Assembly: GCA_002189035.1 (NCBI GenBank)
Contig: NEEC01000002.1
Coordinates: 2,418,001 to 2,482,000 of the forward strand
Reading direction: 5' to 3'
Length of the DNA: 64,000 bases
From: Utricularia gibba
Lineage: Eukaryota; Plantae; Magnoliophyta
The notes below the pieces were generated by a model that saw only the letters and a program-made list of their open reading frames with translations, was not told the origin of the DNA and did not search any database. Both the position numbers and the translations under genes were made by a program. Below are positions 1-13,037 of this stretch, one piece after another (the first letter of the stretch is position 1; each line of letters opens with the position of its first letter).

Positions 1-3000
1 GCACGAAGCCAAGAGGGGACTTGATCGTATGAAGTCATGTCATCTATCCAGTCAAGTTCTTCATCCATTTGATCAAAAAGCTCTACTTCCTCCTCACTCC
101 TAGCTATCATACGGTTCACTTGGTGAAGTGATGGGACATCATGAACAGTTTCTTGATATCTTTCTTCATCATGCAACAAAGTTTCTAAAGTTAGACGCCG
201 CTCTTCATGTGTAGTTCGCTGATCAAACCTCCCTGCATTAATGACTTCATCAGCCATGTCAATCTTGTACTGCTGAATATTATTCCGAATCAAGCTCTCT
301 ATAGAACCCACGTATCGGTCCTTTCCTGCAAGATCGTCATCTAAATCAACTCTCCCTCTTCTCCTAAACTCATCCTCTTTCTGGTGGCTCGAAATTTTGT
401 CGACCACAGCTTCCATATAGATCACCTTCACCTCCCTTGTCTGCCCAATACGATGCGCTCGAGCAACTGCTTGTTCCTCATTTTTGGGGTTTGGATCTGG
501 ATCATATATGATAACAGTGTCGGCAGACTGAAGATTAAGACCCCGCCCAGCAGCTCGGATGCTAAGCAAAAATATAAAGCAGTCTGTATCAGGATCGTTA
601 AAATCAACTATAGCTGATTCACGGTCTTCCAGACTAGTCATTCCATCAATTCTTCTGAAGACAAGCCTCCGCCACTGCAAATACTCTTCGACTATGTCGA
701 GGAGTTTGGTCATAGTGCTGAAGAGCAGTACCCTGTGTCTAGTTCTTTGAAGTTTAATCAATACCCTATTAAGAACCCACATTTTCCCACATGATCTCAC
801 GAGAAAATCCTTTGACAAATCATTGAAATATGGATAATTGAGCAACGGATGATTGCAAGCTTTTCTCAACTCCATGCACCTATTGTTCAAAGTCTTGTAG
901 ATTTTGGCCTGATAAATTGGATTCTTTTGAACCTTACGCTGTTCATCTTCAGGATCAACCCTAAGAGTGCCTGTAGCTTTAATCCAGTCATAAATGGCAC
1001 TCTGTATCGCAGACATTCGGCATTTCAAAACAATTGAAACCTGCACCCAAAAAATCTGTCAGTCCATGGCAATATTCATAATTGAGAAAAAATGAATCGT
1101 ACCTTTGGAGGAAGTGATCCTTCCACATCCTCAACCCGACGCCTAAGCATAAAAGGCTCCAGAATTTGATGTAGTCTATGAATAATAATTACTTTTTTCT
1201 CTGTCTCAAGCCAATCATCTTCAGCATTGTGTCCTGGCCCTTCCTTTTGAAAGGGCTGAGAGAACCAATCATGAAATACCTTTTTATTGTCAAAAACGTC
1301 TGGGAGCAACAAGTTCAGAAGTGACCATAGTTCCTTAAGATCGTTCTACAGATAAAATATAAGTCCCATAATCATCAGAACATGCACATGATAAACGCCT
1401 GATACAGCAAAATTAAAAACACAAGGCCAGAAAAAAATTAAATGGTAGAAAGTATTTAACCCACGAGCAAAAATGCAAATAATATTCCTACAGTTTCAGC
1501 GAAACGGTAGTCTTTATCCATCTGCACTGTGCTCAAAAACTCACAATGCTAGACTTTCAGAGCAAACATAAAGCTGCTGCTACAAAATGTCCCCGAGGCC
1601 ATCACCATTATAGGCTAATTCAAATACACTAATAAGCAAGATGCGTACTAGTTACAACAGGTTTCAAATGATGCACGAAAACACATCTGGATATTTAATC
1701 TAGAGACTGGACAAAGAAACTGCAGCAGTGTTCGCCGTCAAACATTATTTAGCATAAAACAATTATGTTATCATCATTCCATATAATAAAATTCAGCAGG
1801 ATCAGGCAATCATTCCAATCCGAAACCATAAGCACCCTTCTCTACCTCATTGAAGCTTACAGAATAAAATTTCTTTGAAAGACATTTGGTAATAGTGAAG
1901 CTTTAAATGAAGGTAGAAATAAATTAAAAAGTATATTTTCCAATAATAAGCCACATTACGAATACGTTTTTTCGTTTCAATACTAGATTTCCATAAATAG
2001 GAAAACATACCTGCAATGGGGTCCCTGTGAGAAGCAAGCGTCTTTGGCAACGATATCTGTCCAAGTCACGTGCTAAAACCGATTCCCTGTCTTTCATTCT
2101 TTGTGCTTCATCAATGATGATGTACTTCCAATCTATCTTTGAAAGCTTTGACCGATCATACATAATGAATTCATATGTAGTAACAAGAACGTTGAACTTC
2201 ATGGCCAAAACCTCCTATACCAAAAAAAACAAAGAGGAAGAAATCTACTTATACTGTGGCACACAAAAACCCGAGAAGATAAATGGAACAGTCAGGCAGT
2301 TACCTGGGAAAACAACTTTGATCTCTGGTCCTTTCCGCCAACATAATATATACATGAAAATGTTGGAAGCCAATTATGTAATTCACTCTGAAATGAAACA
2401 TTATAAGCAAAAATGTAAAATTAAAGAAAACTTGGTAAGAGTACGAAATGGGACCTCAAGAGAAAATACCTTCCAGTTCACCAGAACTGCATTAGGAACA
2501 ATAATAAGATGCGGACCATAATTTCCTTTGAATTCCATTAAATAGGCAAACAAGGACATAACCTGAAAAAATAATAAAGTAAATCTCCTCAACGGACAGC
2601 AGCTATTCAGTGATTAGTAAATGAAATCCATATGCTCCACTATACAGGCTAAAAGATTGTAAATTACTGACAAGTTGAGCTGCAGAATTCTACATTCTAC
2701 AAAAAAAGACTTGCCTGCACAGTCTTCCCAAGACCCATCTCATCAGCCAAGATTCCATTGAGTTTGTTATTGTACAGGGATAGCATCCACTGTAAACCAA
2801 CCTGCATGTGGCAGTCAGATTAGCATTGAACATTCTTACATGCATAAGTCACTGCCCATGATGAACAAACCACAAAAGGGTCTATGCTAAATAGAAGGCA
2901 GAAACACATACGAGTTGATAATCTCTTAATGTTCCAGCCCGTAACAAGGATGGCTGCCTAACAACTCGTTCATTGACTGCATGCGCAAGATGGTAATACC

Positions 3001-6000
3001 TGATTCAAATTTTAAAAATCATAAAAAGAAAAAAAGTTAACAAAATTATTACAGGAGGCATGAAATCATGCAGTACGTGAAAAGAAGACACCTAAAAATT
3101 TCCAATGTGTGATAAGCAATAGCAACACCGAATTACTAATGAACTTAACTGCAATGTTTTTAACTCAACAATTTCCATGCCCAGTCATCTCAAACCAGTA
3201 TTTACTTACTTGTTAACTGATGAACTATCCTCAGGTGCATTCATCTCTGAGAAACGATTCCTTATCATCACTTCTTCTCTGGCACAGGCTGCAGCAGCTC
3301 TGACTTCTTCTTCAGAGAGACCCTTTGAAGAAGGAGGTATTTAAATTAGAAGATATCCACCAAATGTAAGTTACACAAAGGCAGCAGGACCTACATACTG
3401 TCATCATCAATAATAGGGAAGAAAAAAATAGCTTAAGAGAAAATTTCCATTCAAGAAGCAAGAGCTAGAGTAGCAAACTTTAGACACATTCCTTTATCTC
3501 CACATATAATTTCAGCATTCTCTATGCTTCTTAAGCATTTATGATAACACAGGACGTAGGCTACAAAGTGCACCAATGGACGCAATAAGGAGCTAAAGAA
3601 ACAAAATGAAATAGGTACCTGTGCACGTGCAGCTGCAGCTGCAGCATTAGCAGTCTCCTCAACCTCCTGCTGTTTTTTCGCAGCAGTGATTTTGCTGCCC
3701 AGTTTGTGAAGATAATCCTCAGTCTGGGTCAAAAAAGAAGAAAGAACTGCATATCTTTCTGCAGCCTCCCCTGGAACATTAGTCTGTTGCTCAAGCAACA
3801 TCTCTCTGTATCTTTCCACATCATTATTTTTTAATGCTTCCATTCTCTTATTTCGATCATCATCCTTGTTTTTGGAAAATTCCCTCAGCATTCTTTCATG
3901 GTATTTATGAACTCCCCTATTTCGAGCAGTTCGGGCATCACGGATGGCCCAGTGTGCTTCAAGAAGCTTCTTCCGCCATTGAAATACAGATTTCAAGTGT
4001 TTCTCCCTGGTTGCTTTCAAAGTAGCATGAGCTTGTCTGTTAAGCTCCTGACGCTGACGCTCACACAGCCTAATGAACTTCCTGTAAGGCCTCTCCGGCA
4101 TTGCCATGATTTCCTGCTGCTGCTTTTCTATCTCATCCCTCAAACGCGCCTGCACCTCTGCAAGCTGGAGTTTTTTCGATTCAATTTGCAGCCGCATGAC
4201 TAGATCTGGTCTAATCCTCTTCCTTTCCAAATTCACAGCAAGTATCCTATCAATCTTGCTTATCTTCTCTTGTCTTTTTCCTTTACGTATTACATCAATT
4301 CCACCAGCAAAGAGGTCAGTAATATCATATGCCAGAGTCAAATTATTGTTGCTGTTCATCAAAGATGGCCCCAGAGCCTCATGCTTCCGAGTGAAAACAG
4401 GAAAATCAAATAAAGGCCCATGATACTTTCTGGTAGGGGCAGTTTCCCTTGCCTGCGATGAGTTACCTGCTTGAATGGGTTTGTCCTGCATCGGATCTGA
4501 AGCACTTGATGGCTGGGATTGTTCTTTACCTCTTCCCATGTTAATATCACCCTTGACAAGAATTTCCTTTTTTTCTGGTTCATTTCCTGGGTCAGATTTT
4601 GCAGTTCTACTTAGTCCATGGTGCTCTACTTCTCCCGGGGAGTTAGAAACCTCAGGTTGTTTGCTGAAGAATTTGAGACCTGCAGGTTCACAGGCAACAC
4701 AGAAACCCTATCATCTCCTAAGGCTTCTTCCATTGAATTATTTGCATTAAATCCTGATTTTCCCAATCGTGGTCCTTCTCCTACATTATCATCTCTACTT
4801 TCCCCAAGATGCCTATCCTTGCTAATGACAGCAGCATGTGAAACTGCAGGCAGCGTCTGCAAATCCAAAGGTAGGGGGGCAATTGACTGAAGCAGCTCAC
4901 GTGGTAAAGTTCCATCGCCTTTCTGAAAGACAAGTAAAAATGAAATCACAGCAGGATGATAATTCTGCCATTTAAAAAAGATCAATATACAAAGAGCACA
5001 AATCAGCAAGAGAATGTGTTGAGAGCAAACCTTCAAACGCCTGAATGCAAGTATCTGCGCCTTAAGAACATGCAATTGCTGCTTGGTAAATCCAACATGT
5101 GATTTTTGAATCTGTCCAATAGCATCCTGTGATGTTGAAGGATAACCAATATGCTCCTCATTGAATGAAGCCATAGATTGCGATGGAGAACGATTCAGCA
5201 ATCTTCCATTGGGTGGCTGAGAAGCTTCTATAGGAGTGGATGGTATCTTCGAATGTGAACTGTCAATGCCTTGATTCGAGTTGGCTGGCCCTAAAGAAGG
5301 ACTCACTTGAGGCATCCTGTGGCCAGACATAATGGGCTGTCTTGACAGCAAGGGCTTATCCCCAGCGTGTGCAGAGAAATGTTGCACTAGGTGGCTGCTA
5401 GAACTGTTTGCTACAGCAGCACTGGAAGGCACACCAAGGTTGCTCGGTGCAACTGTCTGCCTTGATTTAGAAGAGCCTGATTGCCCCGAAATTTCACTTG
5501 AAGAATGGCCACGTGGTGAACCTTCATTCCCTAGCTGTGGCGAGGCAACTTGCTGCTTGGAAAAAGATCCAGATTGAATAGCAGCACTATTTTCACCCTG
5601 TTCTTGGTGAGAAATCATCCTGGACTGCATGAATGGAGCCAGCTGTGAGATAACATTTGCATTTGCAGGATTCGACAGATCAATACTACATTCAAGAGCT
5701 AATGCTTGGATGGCCTGCATCTGTGAGGCCATAATCAAGTTGTTAGACATGCTCATGACATTTTGCTGACCTTGTTGCCCCAGCATCTGTGCAGATGAGA
5801 CTGACTGTCCAAGAAATGCAGGATTGACTTTTGAATCATTTCGATCATCTGGCTGAGTCCACTGACTCTGATCTCCCAGCTTGTCATTAAGTGCTGCTTG
5901 CTCCAGATATTTCTTGGATGATAACTGAGACTGATTTGATGCTGAAACAGAACCAATCGCTTCCATCTTCATATTTGATAACCGAACATCTTGATCTTTA

Positions 6001-7036
6001 CTAGTATATCCAAAAATTCCAGGCCCCAACTGTTGCTGTGATTGTGTTCCCAAGGTTGATTTCTGCTGTCCAGAGGAAAAAGCATGCTGCAAATAAGCCT
6101 GTTGCATAGAATTTAATATATGTGGCTCAACAACTTGACTCCTGATATGACTTTGCTCTGGAATATTGGGAGATCCATGTTGGCGCAAATCAATAAAATT
6201 TCGAGCTTGTTGAGGAGGTTGCATGGAGCTAGAGACAGCAGAAAAGTTTGGCATCCCATGGATCCCGTGAATGCTCCCTGCTGGGTAGGATAAAAAAGAG
6301 CCATTTGCTTCAGGTCTCCTCAGGAATTGCTGTGGCATCGACTACAGATGACAGCATAAATCTTAGTTTCTTGAAAAATAAACATTGAGAAGTTTAAGAT
6401 CTATCTTAAACAAAGATAAAACCAACACCAAATACCTGAAAACTCATCAAAGCATATGTGAGAGCAATACGTTTAATGATGGTTCATAATGAAAATATTA
6501 CAGGATACATAAATGATATTTTCCAAGCAAAAAATTTCAAATTGAAGTAACACATACCCACAAGGAATTCAAGGAAATTGCATCCTCAATGCCAACTGAC
6601 ACGTGATATAAAATTCGTATGCAAAAGAAACCAGTAAAACAAGTGTTTCCGACCTCTTTTTTTATTCAAAGGAGCAGCGCATCACATTATTTTGCAAAAG
6701 AAGGAAAATATAAAGCCCGCCGAAGGAGATAAAACAAGTTCATCAAGCCAAATATTATCACATACTTAACGAACGTGACTTAAGCGGAATCCAAGGAAAG
6801 TCTGATGTTCAAATAGCAAGAACACGAACAAAAAACACAGAATAAAAAATAGCAGAAGGAGGAAAAAAAAAAACCTGTCTTAGCTGTTGTTGCTGCAACT
6901 GCTGTCTCTGCGGCGGCTGATCAAAAGCTGACACCGCAGAGGATGAAGAGGATGGTGAAGCAGATGCAGACACAGCTGTACTACGCCCATGTCCACCAGC
7001 ACCTCCAACTTGTTGGTATCCGGTGCCTGACTGCAT
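1..7036 (-). CDS. BRM: SWI/SNF chromatin-remodelling ATPase BRAHMA (multi-exon; 3' end runs off the window; apparent 1-bp frameshift near 4660)
   Basis: ATG at 7036 (MQSGTGYQQ...). Exons encode a QLQ domain ([20 protein letters not shown]), [16 protein letters not shown], and SNF2 motifs [32 protein letters not shown] and [26 protein letters not shown]. The frame stays open to base 1. Confidence 0.96.
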
Positions 7037-8193
7037 ACGTCTCGCTACCAGAAATGGTCCAAAGAATGAATCTTTTGAAATCGTACAAGTAATCAAACAG
7101 CAAGTCTACGGATTCCAGTCCTATCCCTCCACAAAACTGACTGCCTGAGTATCATACAGCCGCTTTCCATCCGCTGGGCCCAGCCCAGCACCAAGCGAGA
7201 CAAACAAAAGCACCAACACACCAAGCTCAAGATTCCCAGCAAACAGTCTGAGTCTCTGACGCCCAAAAGAGCTAAGTTTTCCGAAAACTTCCCACCTAAC
7301 CCACAGCAGTCAAACCAGTAGATAAGCAGAGAAAAATGCGCAATTAAACAAATGGATTTTCAGAAACATACTTAGAAATGGAGCTGAAAGCAGTGTCCAT
7401 ACCCTTACCCCAAAACAATTATCCGTAGAAAAGACAGTTGAAAATTGAAATCAAATCAAAACCTTGTTCCCCTCAAAAAAAAATCCGAAAACAACGGCTG
7501 TTTTCTTTAAACTAACTGATAGGACCAAAGTAGATCCAATGGACGGCGATTGTCCAAATAAGCCGGAAGTATCACGAACCTCGATCTTCTCCTTTCACTC
7601 GAAGCCTTCCAGTTTCCGGTATTTTTTACGCCATTTATTTATATTCGTATTTCGGCCCGTAGAGATTAAAAACTGAAAATATCTGGGTTGGGTGCTGGTG
7701 GTGCATGTCGACACACTGCGGGCTATAATAGTAATTTCCTTAATTTTCGTCTTACCCTCTCTTCACAAAAATTAAAAATTACATAAAAAGTTCAATTATA
7801 ATTATTTCATTGTATATAAAATAAACAAGATGAATATACCAAAATCCAAATAAGTAATGACTTTAGATATCTTTAATAATTCGATAAAATTCTTACCATC
7901 AATCATTTTAATAATATATGTTTTTATGATATTTTTAGCATATTTTTTATTTATACATATTATTTAGATAGTAATGTAAATCCAAAGTATTGTCAATTTT
8001 TAAAAACATTATTAGTGAACCAATTTGATATTATACTAATTTTAATTCATTTCAGTTAAAAAAATTAGAATATTTTTAAGTAAATCATTCTTGAAATTAT
8101 TTATAATATTTTGAATTTTGAAATATAAATTATTCACCAATCATCCCAACAACAACCGCTTATTCATGAGTTCGTCTTGTTGTGTGATTCAGC

Positions 8194-10610
8194 TTAATCA
8201 ACTGAAACTGGCTCCATACTTTCAGCTTCCTTCCTCAGCTCTTGAAACAACACAGACGACAGGTACCGCTCGCCGAAGCTCACATGGACGGTCTGAAGAT
8301 CAGATGTTCTCAAAAGGGTTGCACAATAAGACATTTAAAGAGGGGGGATAAGAGTTCTTACAACGATGAGTTTTCCCTTGTTTTCCGGCCGCCGGGCGAG
8401 TCGTAGGGCGGCCACCGTGTTTGCGCCGGAGGAAATGCCAACCTGAAACGCAAAGAAACAGTTACTGCAGGCCCGATTCGGCCACTGGGAAAGAGTGGGG
8501 TGTTGTTCCCTTTTGATACCATGAGGCCTTCCTTGAGTGCCAACTCTCTTGCCATTTGAACAGCTTCTTCACTTGTAACCTGCATCAGAGCGGCGCTTTT
8601 CCGGTCAGTAGAAACGATAGCAGTGGCGCATCGAGAAGATGATTAGTTACCATGAGAACTTCCTCCATCACATCCATGTCGAGGATATCTGGTTTGAATC
8701 CAACTCCATTTCCAGTGATGTGATGAGGGCCTGAGCAGTTTGTTTCCATTTCTCATGTTTCAACAGGTTGAAGAATAAGGAGGATTATATGCATCTGTAC
8801 CTGGTTTGCCTCCATTAAGGACGTTGCTTTCAGCAGGCTCAAGTCCATAGATCTACATGAAATTAAGGGAATCTGAGACAGAGCTCAAGAAAACACCCAT
8901 ACACTAGAATCCACCTTCACTTCAGGATTCTTGGATTTCAGGTACTTCCCAACACCAGACACAGTTCCTCCACTCCCGATACCCATTACAAAGATGTCGA
9001 CTTTTCCATCGGTGTCCTCCCATATCTCCGGCCCAGTCATCTCGAAGTGTACCTGATTTGAATGTCGAGACTCGTTAACAACTAGTCATCAGCCTGAGAA
9101 TGATGGAACAGTACCTGAGTGTTGGCAGGATTGGAGAACTGCTGAAGCATGAAGGAATCAGGCACGGATTCCAGAAGATCATACGCTTTCTTCACAGTTC
9201 CTCCCATTCCCTTGTTGGGATCTGTTAGAATCAGGTCAGCTCCAAAAGCCCTCATGGTCACTCTTCTCTCCAAGCTGGTGTAAGACGGCATTGTCAGGAT
9301 CATCTTGTACCCCTTCAGGGCTGCCACAAAGGCCATACTTATTCCCATGTTCCCCGAAGTCGGCTCGATCAATGTCGTCTGATAACTTAAACACAATGCA
9401 TCAAATGATCCACAGGCGCAGCAGCCGAGTTGTGAAATGGGATGAATACCTTTCCGGGCGTGATGAGGCCTTTGCTTTCGGCATCGGCAACCATGGCTAA
9501 TGCAGGTCTGGTAGCAAAAAGAAGCTCTTTGAAATAACCACATGAATGCATGAGAAAATGAAGGGGAACAGGGTGCATGTTGCCTGTCTTTGATGCTGGC
9601 TGTGGGCTGAAACATCTCCTGCTTTGCAGCAACATAAGCGCCACATCCTTCAGTTAGCTTGTTGAGATAAACCAGAGGCGTTCTTCCTATTAGCTGCCAT
9701 AGTGAACATAACAATATTTGATAGTATAGTATAAAAGATTTATATCTAAATTTGCATAATAATTATAATTATTTTTTAATTAATTAGTATATGTACGTAA
9801 ATTTTTAATGACTATATCATCTACATATTAATTTTTTAAGTATATGAATGATCTATACAAATAAAGAGTGAAAACTAATTATATCTATACTACTCATCTC
9901 ATATAAAACATTATATTCAATTAAATATATATATATACTTAATTATACTGTATTTAAACATAATACCTTACTAACCTCTAAGATTAATATGGCTAACTAT
10001 CCAATGTACACATTACACGAGTGTAAAAGAGAAGTATGGAATTTGACTGTAGAAAAAAAATAATGAAATAAAATAACATAAATTCGTATAAAATCAATTG
10101 AAATATGAATTTTATTTTATAAAAAAAGAAAATAAAATCAATTGATTAATCCTAAGGAGTATGGAATAACAAAATTGACTCTGTTTCATTTAATTTAAAT
10201 GCTGTCTGGAATTTTTTTCATCACGTGGCGCTATTAATTATTATGTATTTAATAGGGGATGAAAAATCATGAGGAATCCACATTTTGCAAAAATGCCCCT
10301 AAAAGTTATCATAATGACTGATCCACCCCGCCTTCCCCAGAGAAATATCTTTCCTTTTTGGGTCAACTCCACCACCACCCCAGGCCCATATCCTCACCCT
10401 TATCCCTATGTTTCATATCGCTTAAACAGGAGTGGGAAGGAAGAAGATGACCTGAGATGCGTCCTTTTTTATTCTGGTGGCCGGCAAATCCTTGGCGAGA
10501 TCTCTGAGCCGTTGGGCGAAGGAAGAGGAGTCGCCGGCGGCCGTGGAGAACGGCGTTTTGCGGCGGAAGAGAAGATGGGGTATCACCGTTCTCAGACCAG
10601 GACCCGCCAT
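8194..10610 (-). CDS. CYSC1: Mitochondrial beta-cyanoalanine synthase / cysteine synthase C1 (10 exons)
   Basis: N-terminus [23 protein letters not shown], then [15 protein letters not shown]-lysine motif [33 protein letters not shown] and [15 protein letters not shown] at 8194-8196. All splice phases reconcile. Confidence 0.93.
9713..9976 (+). mobile_element. Non-autonomous MITE-like repeat, copy A (in CYSC1 intron 1)
   Basis: Shares ordered blocks with 51284-51529 (TATTTGATAnTATAGTATAA, TTTTAATTAATTA, AATGATnTATACAAAT, CTAATTAnAnnTATACTACTCA, TATTTAAACATA). Boundaries are approximate and aligned by eye. Confidence 0.6.
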
Positions 10611-11594
10611 TGCTGCTGATCTCTCTGAAACTTCATCTTCTGTGTCGCGTCTTATAAAGACAAAGTGGTCCAGCGGGGCGCTGCAACTACCGTTTAGCGC
10701 TTACTTGCGCACGAGTAGGGTAGGATTCTTTACCTAAACGAATCCAACGCACATAAAGCCCCAAAATTCCCAACCACTGTTAACTACTATGTGTTCAGGT
10801 CAGAGAACGCAGTAACTCCGATCGATCGGAGAAGAGACTCAATTAATAAAATATAACTACAGCACGTGGACCGAGATGAGAGTTCATTTTGAACTTCATT
10901 CCTGTACAAAGTATGGGAATGAAGTTCCATATTTAATTACGGTTTTGACAAGTTAATGCATATTTTTTACAATTTTGAAGCTTGAAATTTAGTTTTGAAA
11001 TTTGTTGTTTTTACAATTTTCTCATTTAATTACATTATATAATTTAATATGTTAAATCACATATTACAAAATAATAAATTACATTTATTATAATATTTAA
11101 ATTAATAATATGAATAAAAATTTAAATTATTTAAAAATGAATAAATACAATGTCTTTAATTAATTTATTACTTAATTATTCAAAAAAATCAATAATTTAA
11201 TCTTAAAATTTAAGTTTATTAATTTACTATATAATAAATAAAAAGTAGAATTTATAAAAATTAAACAACATTAATTAATAAAATTATCAAAACATAACTG
11301 CCCCAAACTCACTCCTTATTCAATATCATTTTTTGATTGAATCTATAATTTTTCTTTTTTTAAACTAAAACTTAAATTAAAATGAAGCATATCTTAATCA
11401 CTTAAGTCATGATCTAGGACAAATTATTTAATGACATGTTGAAATTAAGAATTTGATGGATTGGACCAACATATAAAGCTTAAATATACAAAAAAATATG
11501 AATTATATTTTAAAAGATTAAATTAAACTAATTATTAATCATTTATGATCTATTATATATTTGATCATTTTAATTTAATTTCACGATATGAAAT

Positions 11595-12122
11595 TGATTA
11601 GTGAAAAATCGGACAAGGGTAATCGGTTCCTAAAAGATTGCCAAAAGAGATCCCGAGAGGATAACGCCAGACGACACATCGACGTCTGTCAGAAATCTGA
11701 TAGGTATGACCATATGACACAGTTTGAAAAGCGGCCGAATTACGGCATAACAGGCGGTCGATATCTGAAAAGCGAGATCGTATAGCAGGAGCAAAAATCA
11801 ACCGATATTTGCAGACACCAGAATTCGGTCAAATTGAGCTCTCCTATAAATAGGAAGAATTATGATGAAAGAGGGGTTGGGCTAAAAAGATTTATTTAAT
11901 TTGTATTCTCATCTTCGCGATCTCCATCTAGTGAAACTTTTTTCCGGCGAGTTTCGACAGCTCCGTGGTTTTTCCGCTTTACGGCGGTTTTCACGTAAAA
12001 AATCATTGCTCACTCTTATTCTAATCGCACCAACCGTGAAGAACGTGACTAAGCGTGACATTCCCAACCACGCATATCACCTGAAATCGGCCTCCCAACG
12101 GATACCGATTTCACACATAACA
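11595..12122 (+). mobile_element. Solo LTR (528 bp) of an LTR retrotransposon
   Basis: Starts TG and ends CA. Imperfect 18-bp terminal inverted repeat (TGATTAGTGAAAAATCGG vs reverse complement of the end, TGTTATGTGTGAAATCGG). Identical 5-bp flanks GAAAT at 11590-11594 and 12123-12127. Internal CCTATAAATAGG TATA motif near 11845. GC-richer than its flanks. Confidence 0.82.
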
Positions 12123-13037
12123 GAAATTATTTGTTCTAAGAGCTAACTTTCCATCACTTTGAAGGCCCCTGGTAACCATCTGCATGAGTTTTCACCCTTG
12201 ATTCGTGTTCTAGTGGATTTGGTCTTACTCTTCTTTGTTTAATTGATATATAATATATGGTTTATTAGGAAAACAAAATATTCGTGAAACTTGTTGAACA
12301 AGCCCGATGGTTCTGCAACGGCCCTCTTCGGCCCAATATCATCAAATATTTGTCCAGCTTTCCTTCACATTCCTGATTTCTTATTGCGTCTGGCTGGACT
12401 CACAGAATCTGACTCTCGATCGGCTTGTCGATGTGAGTAGTGGTTGATTGATCCATGGATGATCTTCTGGTCGGCTGATTTTGCGTGATCATACATGTAT
12501 TGAATTTGCAGCTGGGAGATATGCATGTTCGCGTGTGCTGATTTTGCTCAATCGCTTTAGTTTTATGACTTCGCATATGGTGATTTAGATTGTCTATAGA
12601 TGGATTAAATATGTGCAGTATTTTTAGGGTTTCGTGTCTTAGCGATTTAGGGGCTCCCGATGTTGAGAATTGTTTCATTGCAGTAGGGTTTGATGGGATC
12701 TTCGTTTGGTTAGGATCTGATCGTGTTTTATTTAGATTGGTGCTATAGTTTTGTTTTTTAGCACTGAAATGGGTTTTTCAGTTGAATCTTATCGGTTTTT
12801 CTTGATTAACCGCCATCATACACACAATGATGGGCATGTGTTAACGTGCGTTTGGTCATTGAAGTGATGGGTTTGACTCAAATCTTGTAACAGCGTTAGA
12901 CAGAGATTTACACTGTGCTCACTGAATCATCTGTGTCAGAATTCTGTAGTTATCCAAATGCGTTTTTGATTCAACATCCATGATGTTTTTTTATGCTCTC
13001 AGTTTGAAATATTGTTAGCTAAGTCACTACCATACAG

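Noticed and set aside
690-760. BRM helicase-C motif reads [10 protein letters not shown] instead of the usual QRTGHRVLLF
   Set aside because: A single substitution with surrounding motifs intact; cannot be distinguished from a variant or base error.
10960-11410. Possible long-TIR Mutator-like MITE
   Set aside because: The apparent inverted similarity is weak and explainable by extreme AT richness.
11588-12146. Short ORFs (65-81 aa) in this interval
   Set aside because: They lie inside the solo LTR and show no protein-family features.
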